Origin: an uncultured Candidatus Saccharibacteria bacterium
GTDB taxonomy: Bacteria > Patescibacteriota > Saccharimonadia > CAILAD01 > JADZBC01
Length of the DNA: 64,000 bases
Direction of reading: 5' to 3'
Assembly (NCBI GenBank): GCA_964436255.1
Contig: CAYTBW010000003.1
Coordinates: forward strand, 51,019-115,018
The position numbers and the translations under genes were made by a program. Positions 1 to 9,612 of the stretch are shown piece by piece. The notes beneath the pieces were generated by a model. The model saw only the letters and a program-made list of their open reading frames with translations, did not search any database and had not been told where the DNA came from. Numbering within the stretch: the first letter of the stretch is position 1; every line of letters begins with the position of its first letter.

Positions 1-240
1 ACGCGGATGTCGGCCTCGTTGCCCTCGACATTGATGTCCTCGGTGATTTCGGCGACCACGTCGACGGCGCAGAACGAGGTGTGGCGGCGTTTGTTGGAGT
101 CGCACGGGCTGCTGCGCCCCCGGCCGTGCCCCCCGCGCCCCCCGGGCCCCCCCCCCGGGGCCCCCGCGGGGGGGGGGGGGGCCCCCGGGCCCCCCCCGCC
201 GCACCCACCACGAGACCTTGAACTTTGTTCAGGGTCTTCT
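1..240 (-). other. High-GC (>70%) partial coding-like segment running off the window start on the minus strand; its N-terminal part is Gly/Pro/Ala/Arg low complexity
   Basis: rc of 1-120 translates cleanly (…[37 protein letters not shown]). Bases 118-210 are C/G homopolymer runs. Composition is foreign to the remaining 63 kb. Confidence 0.25.
118..212. repeat. Low-complexity C/G homopolymer block (ccccccc/ggggggggggggg runs)
   Basis: Read directly from the sequence. The block sits at the boundary between the GC-rich first ~120 nt and the AT-rich region upstream of the first small ORF. Confidence 0.8.
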
Positions 241-299
241 TTCATTTTTGGATTAACTTTCTCTTCGACTCCCCATAGTTTTTATGCTTAAATAGAGTA

Positions 300-563
300 A
301 TGAAGAATAAGGGCGGCAAAAGGTATTACGAGTCTGACTTCGCTTTTTTGGTAAAGGCGGGCCTTTATCTCATCCTCGGACTTACATGGATATCGATTAA
401 CGGACATAGAGTGATCCCGATAGGTGTAATCCTGGGCTTTATATTCTCTAAGGTTGATGTGCTAAGGATTGATCGCAAGATAGAATATGCTCTACTCGTC
501 GTTGGGGCGCTCTTAGGGCTGGTTTTTACGGGCATTGGCTTAACGATCTCCATTAGTCTATAG
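300..563 (+). CDS. Small hydrophobic (2-TM) hypothetical protein, 87 aa
   Basis: ORF with two hydrophobic stretches. It occupies the position normally taken by rpsJ/tuf upstream of rplC. Confidence 0.3.
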   Translation: MKNKGGKRYYESDFAFLVKAGLYLILGLTWISINGHRVIPIGVILGFIFSKVDVLRIDRKIEYALLVVGALLGLVFTGIGLTISISL

Positions 564-565
564 TC

Positions 566-892
566 ATGGAGTTTACGCCTACACCCGCATTTTGGGTCAG
601 TTTGCTGCCGGTGCCATTTTTGACCTACCTTAATATTAAAGTCGGCTTCCTTTTACTCGAGCTCCGCAGGCGCAACCGTGTCAAACGTATAAAATCAAGC
701 AAGCTCTACAACCAGGGGAGGGCACTAGGTATGATATCTGCTTGCTTTGCCTTGTTGCCTGCAATCTTGGAGTGGCGTATATTCGTTCAGAACCCATGGT
801 GGGCAATATCCTACCTCATAGGTGGTATTTTGGGCGTGCTAGCGCTCAGAATGGTACAAAGGGGCCTCAAGGCCGAGCTGCGGCGTAAGTAG
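566..892 (+). CDS. Small membrane hypothetical protein, 108 aa
   Basis: ORF with an N-terminal and a C-terminal hydrophobic helix. It abuts the previous ORF. Confidence 0.3.
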   Translation: MEFTPTPAFWVSLLPVPFLTYLNIKVGFLLLELRRRNRVKRIKSSKLYNQGRALGMISACFALLPAILEWRIFVQNPWWAISYLIGGILGVLALRMVQRGLKAELRRK

Positions 893-916
893 GCGCTTAT
901 CTAGGCTCGAAAACTG

Positions 917-946
917 TTGACACTCCTGTTGGTTATCTGGTACACT
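917..946 (+). promoter_or_regulatory. Sigma70-like promoter (TTGACA-18-TACACT) upstream of rplC, followed by a ~145-nt leader
   Basis: ttgacactcctgttggttatctggtacact; SD aagga lies 9 nt before the GTG at 1091. Confidence 0.5.
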
Positions 947-1090
947 AACGCTTGGTCTAAAACATTCCTTTTCAGGCTTAACGGCTGGGAAGTGATTAGG
1001 TCCGCTCGGTACAGGGTAAAGCGCCCGGACGGAAACCCATCAACTTGCCAGGATTTGTTTTTCTAGAATAATCACATTAAGGAATCACGC

Positions 1091-1696
1091 GTGAAAGCAC
1101 TGCTTGCTAAAAAGATAGGTATGACCCAGATTTTTGACGAATCGGGCGTAATGACTCCAGTAACTGTACTGGAGGCTGGTCCGTGTGTGATTACTCAGCT
1201 CAAAAGCGAAGAGCGAGACGGATATAGTGCAGTTCAGATTGGGTTTGGAGAAGCCAAGCACCAAGCCAAGCCGCAAGCCGGCCACCTCAAGCCAGCCAAA
1301 GCCAATAGCCGTTTCCTTACTGAGTATCGCGTAGATGGAGATCAGCCAGAGATGACAATTGGAGATGAACTTAAAGCCGATGTTTTTGCCGTCGGTGACA
1401 GCATAACAGTAAGTGCTGTTTCTAAGGGCAAAGGCTTCGCCGGAACTATCAAGCGTCACAACTTCGCTCGTGGTCCAATGAGTCACGGTAGCCATAATCA
1501 CCGTGCTCCTGGTTCAATTGGTGCTGGTTATCCCCAACACGTGTTTAAAGGTCAAAAGATGGCCGGTCAAATGGGTAGTAAGGCCGTTACCGTTAAGAAC
1601 CTCAAGGTAATGGAAGTAGATGTAGAAAATAACTTGCTCGTGGTTCGTGGTGCAGTTCCAGGCCCAAAAAAGAGCTTAGTAATGGTGAGAGGCTAA
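1091..1696 (+). CDS. rplC: 50S ribosomal protein L3
   Basis: 201-aa translation is typical L3 (…FAGTIKRHNFARGPMSHGSHNHRAPGSIGAG…). GTG start with SD. Confidence 0.95.
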   Translation: MKALLAKKIGMTQIFDESGVMTPVTVLEAGPCVITQLKSEERDGYSAVQIGFGEAKHQAKPQAGHLKPAKANSRFLTEYRVDGDQPEMTIGDELKADVFAVGDSITVSAVSKGKGFAGTIKRHNFARGPMSHGSHNHRAPGSIGAGYPQHVFKGQKMAGQMGSKAVTVKNLKVMEVDVENNLLVVRGAVPGPKKSLVMVRG

Positions 1697-1700
1697 GGAC

Positions 1701-2330
1701 ATGAAGGCGATGACGTACACAGCTGCAGGCAAGAAGGCCACCACTGAAGTTACTTTGGATAAGGCGATATTCGGGCAAGAAGTGAATGCTGAGCTATTGA
1801 GCTTAGCGTATCGCCGCACTCTGGCTAACCGCCGAACTAATAACGCCAAGACCCTTACCCGCGGTCTTGTGCGTGGTGGCGGTAAGAAGCCATGGCGCCA
1901 AAAGGGTACTGGCCGAGCTCGTGTAGGCTCTAGTCGTACTCCGTTATGGCGAACTGGTGGTATCGTTTTTGGCCCAACTGGTAACGAAAACTACAGCATC
2001 ACCATGACTAAGAAGATGATTCGCGGTTCAGTTGCCCAGGCTCTAAGCGCCCAGGCCGATCGAATTCGGGTTATCGAGTCATTTAAGCCCGCAGAGTCCA
2101 AGACTCGCGCAGCAGTTGATTTGCTCGCCAAGCTAGAAGTAGAAGGTAGGGTGTTCATCGTAGTAAACGCCATGAGTGAAGCAATTGCTCGATCTGTTGC
2201 AAACCTTCCAGGTGTTGAGGCCGTGACCCCGCAGCGCATTACTGCATTCGACGTGCTAAATGCCGACGCAATTATTATTGAACAGCCTGCTCTGGACAGC
2301 ATTAAATCTTGGCTAGGAGGCACGAAGTAA
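1701..2330 (+). CDS. rplD: 50S ribosomal protein L4
   Basis: L4-like translation in the canonical position after rplC. Confidence 0.9.
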   Translation: MKAMTYTAAGKKATTEVTLDKAIFGQEVNAELLSLAYRRTLANRRTNNAKTLTRGLVRGGGKKPWRQKGTGRARVGSSRTPLWRTGGIVFGPTGNENYSITMTKKMIRGSVAQALSAQADRIRVIESFKPAESKTRAAVDLLAKLEVEGRVFIVVNAMSEAIARSVANLPGVEAVTPQRITAFDVLNADAIIIEQPALDSIKSWLGGTK

Positions 2331-2698
2331 TGTCGCAGCTAATTCTAAAGCCTATCATTTCTGAAAAGAGCATTATGCTCGCCGCAAATCGAGTATACAC
2401 CTTTGAAGTTCCAATGGCGACTAACAAGATTGAAGTGGCTCGTGCTGTTAAGACTGCCTTTAACGTTGACGCAACAGACGTCCGAATCGTTATTACAAAG
2501 GGCAAAGTTAAGCGATTTAAGGGCAAAAGTGGTCGTCGCGTTGATGTTAAGAAAGCTATGGTTGCCGTGAAGGAAGGCCAAAGCATTAAGATCTTCGAAG
2601 CTGAAGCCGAGACAAAAGAAGACAAAAAGGCAGTCAAGAAGCAGTCTAAGGACGAAGCTAAGAAGCCAGCTGCCAAGATTGCGAAGGAGGCCAAGTAA
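2330..2698 (+). CDS. rplW: 50S ribosomal protein L23 (start taken at the ATG overlapping the rplD stop; GGAGG SD at 2316-2320)
   Basis: [14 protein letters not shown]… is L23-like with a Lys/Ala-rich C-terminal tail. The ORF track's upstream start at 2309 lacks an SD. Confidence 0.9.
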   Translation: MSQLILKPIISEKSIMLAANRVYTFEVPMATNKIEVARAVKTAFNVDATDVRIVITKGKVKRFKGKSGRRVDVKKAMVAVKEGQSIKIFEAEAETKEDKKAVKKQSKDEAKKPAAKIAKEAK

Positions 2699-3531
2699 TG
2701 CCAGTACGAGTTTACAAGCCGAATACCGCTGCTCGCCGAAATATGAGCGTAAGTGACTTCGCAGAGATTACAAAGAAGTCTCCAGAAAAGTCATTGATCC
2801 TCAAGCGCAAGCAGAAGGCTGGCCGTAATAATCAGGGTAAGATTACTACTCGACACCGAGGTGGCGGTGCTAAGCGTGCGATTCGTATTGTGGACTTCAA
2901 GCTCACAGGCGTAGAAGGTGCCAAGGTAGTCGCAATTGAGTACGATCCAGGCAGAAGCGCTCGCATTGCTTTGCTTCAGCTCAAAGAAGGTGGCAAGGCT
3001 TATGTGGTGGCTAACGCCGGTCTCAAGGTCGGTCAAACGGTTACGTCTGGCAAGGACGCAGAAATCAAAGTTGGCAATCGCTTGCCATTATCTGCCATAC
3101 CGGTAGGGTCCGTTATTTCTAACATCGAGCTTACTCCGGGTCGTGGCGGGCAAATGGCTCGTTCTGCAGGTGCTCGTGCTCAGCTAGCCGCTAAAGAGGG
3201 CGTATATGTGCAGGTTAAATTACCATCTGGAGAGGTACGACTCGTACACCAGACCTGCATGGCTACTCTGGGTGCTATCGGCAATGCCGAGCATCAGAAC
3301 ATCAAGATTGGTAACGCTGGTCGCAAGCGACATATGGGCTTCCGACCAACAGTACGTGGTAAGGCTATGAACCCGGTTGATCACCCACACGGTGGTGGTG
3401 AAGGTGGTACAGATATTGGTATGCCGTTCCAGAAGACGCCGTGGGGTAAGCATGCTCTAGGTAAGCGAACACGCCGACGTAAGAAGGGCATTGATATGAT
3501 TATTCGCCGACGCGGAAAGGGTAATAGGTAG
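2698..3531 (+). CDS. rplB: 50S ribosomal protein L2
   Basis: 277 aa with C-terminal …[13 protein letters not shown]… signature. Confidence 0.95.
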   Translation: MPVRVYKPNTAARRNMSVSDFAEITKKSPEKSLILKRKQKAGRNNQGKITTRHRGGGAKRAIRIVDFKLTGVEGAKVVAIEYDPGRSARIALLQLKEGGKAYVVANAGLKVGQTVTSGKDAEIKVGNRLPLSAIPVGSVISNIELTPGRGGQMARSAGARAQLAAKEGVYVQVKLPSGEVRLVHQTCMATLGAIGNAEHQNIKIGNAGRKRHMGFRPTVRGKAMNPVDHPHGGGEGGTDIGMPFQKTPWGKHALGKRTRRRKKGIDMIIRRRGKGNR

Positions 3532-3537
3532 GTTATT

Positions 3538-3816
3538 ATGAGTAGATCTCTAAAGAAAGGTCCATACGTAGACGCCAAGCTTCTGAAGAAGGTTGTTGCT
3601 CTTGGCCCGAATGATAAGACAATAATTAAGACTTGGGCTCGCTCTAGTAGTATTTCCCCAGAAATGGTTGGTAAGACTATCGCGGTTCATAATGGCCGAC
3701 AGCATCTCCCTGTATTCGTTACCGAAAATATGGTAGGACATAAGCTTGGTGAGTTCTCACCTACACGCAAGTTCCGTGGTCACGGTGGTAAATTAGCAAA
3801 GGCACAAGGAAAGTAG
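3538..3816 (+). CDS. rpsS: 30S ribosomal protein S19
   Basis: [12 protein letters not shown]… is canonical S19. Confidence 0.95.
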   Translation: MSRSLKKGPYVDAKLLKKVVALGPNDKTIIKTWARSSSISPEMVGKTIAVHNGRQHLPVFVTENMVGHKLGEFSPTRKFRGHGGKLAKAQGK

Positions 3817-3817
3817 T

Positions 3818-4216
3818 ATGAAGGTTCAAGCTAAAACTCGCCAATTACCAATTTCTGCTCGCAAGCTACGACTTGTGGCGGACATGGTTCGTGGTAAGGA
3901 TGTTGTTGCAGCTCAGCAGCTTTTGCGAGTTACGCATAAGAAGGCAGCCGACATGGTTTACTCTACCTTGAAAAGCGCAAGTGCAAACGCGGAAAACAAC
4001 TACAACCTGAACCCAAAGACTATGCGTATCGACGAGATTCGAGTCGATGAGGGGTCTACCCTTAAGCGCATGCGACCACGAGCTAAGGGTGCTAGTAGTG
4101 CAATTCTGCATCGCAGCTCTCATCTTGTGATCACGCTAACTGACGCAAAGCCGGCTGTAGACGCAAAGGCCAAGCCTGCGGTAAAAGCAAAACCAGTAAC
4201 GAAGGAGGCCAAGTAA
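3818..4216 (+). CDS. rplV: 50S ribosomal protein L22
   Basis: L22-like 132 aa with a basic C-terminal extension. Confidence 0.9.
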   Translation: MKVQAKTRQLPISARKLRLVADMVRGKDVVAAQQLLRVTHKKAADMVYSTLKSASANAENNYNLNPKTMRIDEIRVDEGSTLKRMRPRAKGASSAILHRSSHLVITLTDAKPAVDAKAKPAVKAKPVTKEAK

Positions 4217-4833
4217 TGGGTCAAAAAGTAAATCCAACAAGTTTCCGTCTCCAGATTAACAAGGATTGGTCTAGTAAGTGGTTTGCCACTAAGGATTTTG
4301 CAAAAAACCTTTCAGGCGACATTGCAATTCGACGAGTTATTGCGCAGAACCTTACCTTCCGTGCGGGAGTTGCTACTGTGGATATCGAGCGCTCAACTGG
4401 TGCTGTGACCGTTACTATTCATACCTCTAAGCCAGGTGTGGTGATTGGGCGAAGTGGAACTGGCATTGAAGCGCTTAAGAAGGCTTTGGCTAAGGCCGCT
4501 GGTCCAAATATCAAGGTGAATATCGAAGAGGTCAAGCAGCCCGAAATGCGCGCTCAACTCATCGCAGAAAACGTAGCTTCTCAGCTAGAGCGACGTATCG
4601 CTTTCAGGCGCGTAATTAAAATGACAGTAGACAGTGCAGTAAAGGCTGGTGCCCTTGGAGCCAAGGTTCGTGTTGCCGGACGCCTGAACGGCGCGGAAAT
4701 GGCTCGTGCCGAAGTTGCATCGCAGGGGAGTATCCCACTCCACACTCTGCGGGCAAATATTGACTACGGTACTGCAGAAGCAAAAACCACCTACGGCATC
4801 ATCGGTGTTAAAGTATGGGTCTATAAGAAGTAA
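4216..4833 (+). CDS. rpsC: 30S ribosomal protein S3
   Basis: MGQKVNPTSFRL… with KH domain. Confidence 0.95.
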   Translation: MGQKVNPTSFRLQINKDWSSKWFATKDFAKNLSGDIAIRRVIAQNLTFRAGVATVDIERSTGAVTVTIHTSKPGVVIGRSGTGIEALKKALAKAAGPNIKVNIEEVKQPEMRAQLIAENVASQLERRIAFRRVIKMTVDSAVKAGALGAKVRVAGRLNGAEMARAEVASQGSIPLHTLRANIDYGTAEAKTTYGIIGVKVWVYKK

Positions 4834-4850
4834 GGCCATAGGAAAAGATT

Positions 4851-5282
4851 ATGCTATTACCAAAGAAAACTAAATTCCGAAAAGCATTTAAGGGCAAGAA
4901 CGTTGGCCTGGCTACACGTGGTACCGAAATTAACTTCGGACGTTACGGTTTGCAGGCTATGGGCAATGAGCGTATTACGTCTCGCCAGATCGAAGCAGCA
5001 CGTCGGGCAATGACTCGCTACATTAAACGTGGCGGTAAGATTTGGATTCGTATTTTTCCGCACACCCCAGTTACTTCTAAGCCGGCGGAAGTTCGCATGG
5101 GTAGCGGTAAGGGGGCATTGAGCCATTACGTGGCAAAGGTTCAAGCCGGCAGGATTATGTTCGAGATGGACGGGGTAAGCGAAGAAGTTGCCAAAGAGGC
5201 AATGCGTCTCGCAGCTATGAAGATGCCAGTAAAAACGAAGTTTATCGTTAAGGCTACGCCAGGAGAAAGTCATGAAGGTTAA
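4851..5282 (+). CDS. rplP: 50S ribosomal protein L16
   Basis: [11 protein letters not shown]… is canonical L16. Confidence 0.95.
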   Translation: MLLPKKTKFRKAFKGKNVGLATRGTEINFGRYGLQAMGNERITSRQIEAARRAMTRYIKRGGKIWIRIFPHTPVTSKPAEVRMGSGKGALSHYVAKVQAGRIMFEMDGVSEEVAKEAMRLAAMKMPVKTKFIVKATPGESHEG

Positions 5283-5484
5283 GGAAATGCGAACAAAATC
5301 ATCCAAGGAACTTGAGACTATGCTTCAGGATCTAAGGACTAAGTTGGCTCAGACGCATGTCGACATGAGAGTCAAAGAGACCCCAAATGTTAAGCAAATT
5401 AAGGCTATTAAGCGAGATATCGCACGCGTCCTGACCCTTCAGCGTGAAGCGCAAGTGAAAGATATGGAGAAGACCAATGAGTAG
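5272..5484 (+). CDS. rpmC: 50S ribosomal protein L29
   Basis: 70-aa helical protein at the L29 position. Confidence 0.85.
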   Translation: MKVKEMRTKSSKELETMLQDLRTKLAQTHVDMRVKETPNVKQIKAIKRDIARVLTLQREAQVKDMEKTNE

Positions 5485-5737
5485 AGTATTAAGCGGCAAG
5501 ATCGTATCAGACAAGATGGACAAGACGGTTGTGGTAGCAGTAGAGCGCCTCAAAACTCATCCATTGTACAAAAAGCAGTATAAGACTACTGCTAAGTTCA
5601 AGGCGCACGATGAGAACAACGAGTACAAGGTTGGAGATGTAGTTGAGATTACCGAGACTCGCCCATTGAGTAAGACTAAGAAGTTTACTATTACCAAGAA
5701 GACAGGCGAAGTAATCGTAAAGGGAGGTAAGGCATGA
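5477..5737 (+). CDS. rpsQ: 30S ribosomal protein S17
   Basis: S17-like 86 aa. Confidence 0.9.
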   Translation: MSRVLSGKIVSDKMDKTVVVAVERLKTHPLYKKQYKTTAKFKAHDENNEYKVGDVVEITETRPLSKTKKFTITKKTGEVIVKGGKA

Positions 5738-6102
5738 TTCAGCCTCAGACCCGACTTAAGATAGCCGACAACACCGGCGCTAAGCAGATCATGTGCATCA
5801 AGGTACTTGGCGGATCAAGACGTCGTTATGCTCGCGTGGGAGATATTATCGTCGCTAGTGTAAAGACTGCAACTCCTAACGGAACGGTTAAGAAGAAAGA
5901 AGTAATTCGAGCGGTTGTAGTGCGTACTGCTAAGGAAACACTACGTCAAGACGGGTCTTCAATTCGCTTTGACGAGAACGCAGCCGTTGTTATTGATAAG
6001 GCTGGTTTGCCTCGTGGAACACGAATCTTCGGCCCGGTTACACGTGAACTGCGCGAACGCGGATACATGAAGATTGTGTCGTTAGCACCGGAGGTACTCT
6101 AG
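5734..6102 (+). CDS. rplN: 50S ribosomal protein L14
   Basis: [17 protein letters not shown]… is canonical L14. Confidence 0.95.
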   Translation: MIQPQTRLKIADNTGAKQIMCIKVLGGSRRRYARVGDIIVASVKTATPNGTVKKKEVIRAVVVRTAKETLRQDGSSIRFDENAAVVIDKAGLPRGTRIFGPVTRELRERGYMKIVSLAPEVL

Positions 6103-6103
6103 T

Positions 6104-6484
6104 ATGAACGCTATGAAACTTAGACTTAAGGATAAAGTAATGGTTATCCGTGGTCGAGATAAGGGCAAGAAGGGCGAGATCGTTGCCGTTCTTCCTAAGG
6201 AAAATAAGGTGGTAGTGGAAGGCATTAACATTGCCAAGAAGCACACCAAGCCAAGCGCAAAGACTCCGCGAGGAGGCATTGTTGAGCTTGCTAAGCCAAT
6301 TGATGTTGCGAAGGTGATGATCCTAGACCCAACCTCGGGAAAGCCAGCCCGCATTGGCTACAAGCTCGATGCCAAAGGCAATAAGGAGCGAATCTTTAAA
6401 GTGTCTAAGTTCCAGAACAAGACGAAGCCAAAGGCGAGCGAAAAGCCAGCCAAGGCTGCTAAGCCAGAAAAGAATGAGAAGTAA
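6104..6484 (+). CDS. rplX: 50S ribosomal protein L24 (KOW) with Lys-rich C-terminal tail
   Basis: L24-like KOW motif near the N-terminus. Confidence 0.9.
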   Translation: MNAMKLRLKDKVMVIRGRDKGKKGEIVAVLPKENKVVVEGINIAKKHTKPSAKTPRGGIVELAKPIDVAKVMILDPTSGKPARIGYKLDAKGNKERIFKVSKFQNKTKPKASEKPAKAAKPEKNEK

Positions 6485-6486
6485 TC

Positions 6487-7035
6487 ATGAATAGACTAAA
6501 AGATCACTACAAGAATACGCTTGCCAAGGAATTGGCAACATCACTCGGACTCAAGAACCCAAATCAGGTTCCAAAAATCGAGAAGATTGTTGTGAGCGTT
6601 GGCGTAGGCCGAGCCCTTCAAGACAGCAAGCATCTTGAGCAGGCCATGGCTACACTCACGAAAGTTACAGGCCAGAAGCCAGTAGTTACAAAAGCACGAA
6701 AGAGTATTGCTACTTTTAAGCTGCGAGAGGGCAACGAAATTGGCGCGACCGTGACTTTGCGCGGGGAGCGCATGTACTACTTCCTGGACCAGCTCGTTAG
6801 CGTGGTTCTGCCTCGTATCCGTGACTTCCACGGCGTAAAGGCGAGTGCTTTTGACCCGCAGGGCAACTATAGTATCGGGATTAAAGAGCAAACTGTGTTT
6901 CCTCAGATATCTTACGAGGAAGCTCACACCACTCACGGGATGCAAATAAACATAATTACAAGCGGACGAGACAAGGCAGCTGCCAAAGCTTTGCTTACAG
7001 GCCTTGGTATGCCGTTTGAGAAAGGAGCGAACTAA
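6487..7035 (+). CDS. rplE: 50S ribosomal protein L5
   Basis: L5-like 182 aa. Confidence 0.95.
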   Translation: MNRLKDHYKNTLAKELATSLGLKNPNQVPKIEKIVVSVGVGRALQDSKHLEQAMATLTKVTGQKPVVTKARKSIATFKLREGNEIGATVTLRGERMYYFLDQLVSVVLPRIRDFHGVKASAFDPQGNYSIGIKEQTVFPQISYEEAHTTHGMQINIITSGRDKAAAKALLTGLGMPFEKGAN

Positions 7036-7304
7036 TGGCTAGAAAAGCATTATTGCAGCGCGAGCTAAAGCGTCAGAAATTAGCTGACAAGTATGCCGTT
7101 AAGCGCGCCGAATTAAAGGCAATGGGGGATTTAGAGGGGTTGGCAAAGTTGCCTCGCAACTCTAACCCTAATCGTATGCGTAACCGCTGCGAAGTCACCG
7201 GAAGGTCACGTGGTTATATTCGTAAGTTTGGTTTATCACGCATTACGTTCCGTGAGTACGCCTCCAAGGGCCAAGTCCCTGGTGTAACGAAATCAAGTTG
7301 GTAA
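7035..7304 (+). CDS. rpsN: 30S ribosomal protein S14 (long, non-zinc-ribbon form)
   Basis: 89 aa, …[26 protein letters not shown]… without a Cys4 cluster. Confidence 0.9.
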   Translation: MARKALLQRELKRQKLADKYAVKRAELKAMGDLEGLAKLPRNSNPNRMRNRCEVTGRSRGYIRKFGLSRITFREYASKGQVPGVTKSSW

Positions 7305-7320
7305 AGGAAAGGAGACAAGC

Positions 7321-7716
7321 ATGATTACAACAGATCCAATCGCAGATATGCTTACTCGCATCCGCAATGCACGCGGTGCCGGTATGTCACAGGTCTCTAT
7401 TCCTTATTCAAGGATTAAGCATCAAATTGCTGATATTCTTGCCAAATCGGGATACGTTTCAGGGGTTAAGGTCGGCAAGAACGGTGCCTTCCAGGTGCTC
7501 GAGCTTGGTATCGACGGAAGTGGTGTAAAGCGTCCGTTGCAAAAGCTTATGCGCGTCAGTAAGCCGGGTCGACGAGTTTACGCAAAGCGTGACGAAATCC
7601 CACACGTTTTAAGTGGTAGAGGTATCGTTATCGTATCGACTTCGTCAGGTCTTATGACTGGTCAAGAAGCTCGGCAAAAAGGCCTTGGCGGCGAATTAAT
7701 TTGTAAGGTATGGTAG
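7321..7716 (+). CDS. rpsH: 30S ribosomal protein S8
   Basis: MITTDPIADMLTRIRNA… is canonical S8. Confidence 0.95.
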   Translation: MITTDPIADMLTRIRNARGAGMSQVSIPYSRIKHQIADILAKSGYVSGVKVGKNGAFQVLELGIDGSGVKRPLQKLMRVSKPGRRVYAKRDEIPHVLSGRGIVIVSTSSGLMTGQEARQKGLGGELICKVW

Positions 7717-7723
7717 GTGTAGC

Positions 7724-8263
7724 ATGAGTAGAATCGGAAAAGTACCAGTTACAATCCCTGCAGGAGTTACCCTAGAAGTTAAGGACGGTATGATTGTCGT
7801 GACCGGCTCAAAGGGAAGCCTAAGCCAGCCCCTCCTTCCGGGCTTCAAAATCGAACAACAAGATGGTTTAGTCACTGTTGTGCGTGAGGTAGAGAACAGC
7901 GACACCCAGAAGCAGTTTGGTCTACTGAGAACCTTGATCGCTAACATGGTAATCGGAGTCTCCACTGGGTTTGAAAAGACATTAGAAATCAACGGTGTTG
8001 GTTACCGTGCGGCAGCTGAAGGTCGCGGCGTAAGCTTGAGCCTTGGGTACTCGCACAAAATCAGCTACCTACCTCCAGAGGGCGTAGAGCTGAAGGTCGA
8101 GGGCAATAAGATCATTGTTTCGGGTTATGATAAGCAGCTCGTAGGTGAAGCTGCAGCTAAAATCCGCTCGTATCGCAAGCCAGAGCCGTACAAGGGTAAA
8201 GGTATCAAGTACGCAGGCGAGCACATTCGACGTAAGGCTGGTAAGACAGCGGCTAAGGGATAA
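7724..8263 (+). CDS. rplF: 50S ribosomal protein L6
   Basis: L6-like two-domain 179 aa. Confidence 0.95.
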   Translation: MSRIGKVPVTIPAGVTLEVKDGMIVVTGSKGSLSQPLLPGFKIEQQDGLVTVVREVENSDTQKQFGLLRTLIANMVIGVSTGFEKTLEINGVGYRAAAEGRGVSLSLGYSHKISYLPPEGVELKVEGNKIIVSGYDKQLVGEAAAKIRSYRKPEPYKGKGIKYAGEHIRRKAGKTAAKG

Positions 8264-8267
8264 TATT

Positions 8268-8615
8268 ATGAAAAGACTCACATCTGACATCCTCAAGAAA
8301 AAACGAATCAGGGCTAAGATTCACGGTACCGCTCAGCGACCACGTTTAGCAGTAAGCGTGTCTAATCGCCAGGTTGTAGCTCAGCTCATTGACGATGATG
8401 CTGCTAAGACTTTGGCATACGCTACATCAACTGGTCAAAAAGAGTTGGACGGTAAGACCATGACCGAAAAGGCCACTTGGGTAGGCACAAAGATTGCAGA
8501 ACTCGGTGCTGCCAAGAAGGTATCGACGGTAATCTTTGATCGTGGTATACACATTTATCATGGTAGGGTTGCTGCATTGGCTGGCGCTGCTCGTGAGAAA
8601 GGATTAAAATTCTAG
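8268..8615 (+). CDS. rplR: 50S ribosomal protein L18. The ORF-track start at 8145 is an upstream extension overlapping rplF.
   Basis: MKRLTSDILKKKRIRAKIHGTAQRPRLAV… from the ATG at 8268. Confidence 0.9.
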   Translation: MKRLTSDILKKKRIRAKIHGTAQRPRLAVSVSNRQVVAQLIDDDAAKTLAYATSTGQKELDGKTMTEKATWVGTKIAELGAAKKVSTVIFDRGIHIYHGRVAALAGAAREKGLKF

Positions 8616-8617
8616 AT

Positions 8618-9103
8618 ATGGTAGAAGCAGTAAAAGAATTCGAAGAAAAGATCATAGCCCTAGATCGTGTTACACGTGTTGTTAAGGGTGGTCGACGTTT
8701 CCGCTTTAGAGCGACCGTAGTAGTAGGGAATGGTAAAGACAAAGTTGGCGTTGGCGTAGGTAAGGGACAGGACGTTCAGACAGCTATCGCTAAAGCCGTA
8801 AGCAAGGCTAAGAAGGCAATGATTACTGTTGAGCTAAAGGACAATACGATCCCTCACGAAACCCAGGTTACTTTTGGCGGAGCAACGGTGTTTATGAAGC
8901 CAGCCAGTCCTGGTACAGGTGTGATCGCCGGCGGCGCAGTTCGATCCGTGGTGGAAGCAGTCGGCATCAAAGACTTGCTCACCAAGTCGCTTGGTTCAAC
9001 AAACAAGATTAATAATGCTTACGCGACACAAGAGGCTCTATCTACTCTAGGTAGTGTAGCTGCGTTTGGCGCAAAGCCAACGGTAGCTAAGGAGGCCAAA
9101 TAA
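8618..9103 (+). CDS. rpsE: 30S ribosomal protein S5
   Basis: S5-like. Its stop overlaps the rplO start (taATG) with no rpmD in between. Confidence 0.95.
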   Translation: MVEAVKEFEEKIIALDRVTRVVKGGRRFRFRATVVVGNGKDKVGVGVGKGQDVQTAIAKAVSKAKKAMITVELKDNTIPHETQVTFGGATVFMKPASPGTGVIAGGAVRSVVEAVGIKDLLTKSLGSTNKINNAYATQEALSTLGSVAAFGAKPTVAKEAK

Positions 9104-9591
9104 TGAAGATCCATGAATTGCCCCTAAAGTCCCACAAGGCCAAGAAGCGCCTAGGGCGCGGTATTGGTTCTGGTCAGGGAAAGACTGCCGGACGTGGTAC
9201 AAAGGGTCAGAACTCACGAACCGGCGGAGGTGTACGCGTTGGTTTCGAAGGTGGTCAGACTCAGCTTTCTCAGCGCTTACCGAAGGTACGCGGATTTAAA
9301 TCTAAAAACCCGACTAATTATCAGGTTGTGAATGTCGGTGACCTTGCTCGTTACAAGGCAGGGGTTGTTGACGGCGCCAAGCTGGCGGCCGACGGACTTG
9401 TCAAGAAGGCTGATGGTCTCATCAAGCTCCTTTCTGTTGGCGAAGTCACCGTTGCCTACACGGTAGAAGTGACTGCTGCCAGCCAAGTTGCTATCAAGAA
9501 GATCGAAAAAGCAGGAGGCAAGGTAGTACTCGCTGCCAAGAAGGCTCAAAAGCCAGTAGCAAAAGCACAGGATTCAGAAGACGCTAAATAA
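9103..9591 (+). CDS. rplO: 50S ribosomal protein L15
   Basis: …GRGIGSGQGKTAGRGTKGQNSR… is canonical L15. Confidence 0.95.
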   Translation: MKIHELPLKSHKAKKRLGRGIGSGQGKTAGRGTKGQNSRTGGGVRVGFEGGQTQLSQRLPKVRGFKSKNPTNYQVVNVGDLARYKAGVVDGAKLAADGLVKKADGLIKLLSVGEVTVAYTVEVTAASQVAIKKIEKAGGKVVLAAKKAQKPVAKAQDSEDAK

Positions 9592-9612
9592 TCAAATGGG
9601 AGGGTAGGCGAT

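Noticed and set aside
8145-8267. Upstream extension of the L18 ORF overlapping rplF
   Set aside because: The ATG at 8268 gives the canonical L18 N-terminus (MKRLTSDILKKKRIRAK…) immediately after the rplF stop. The extension lies in another gene's coding region.
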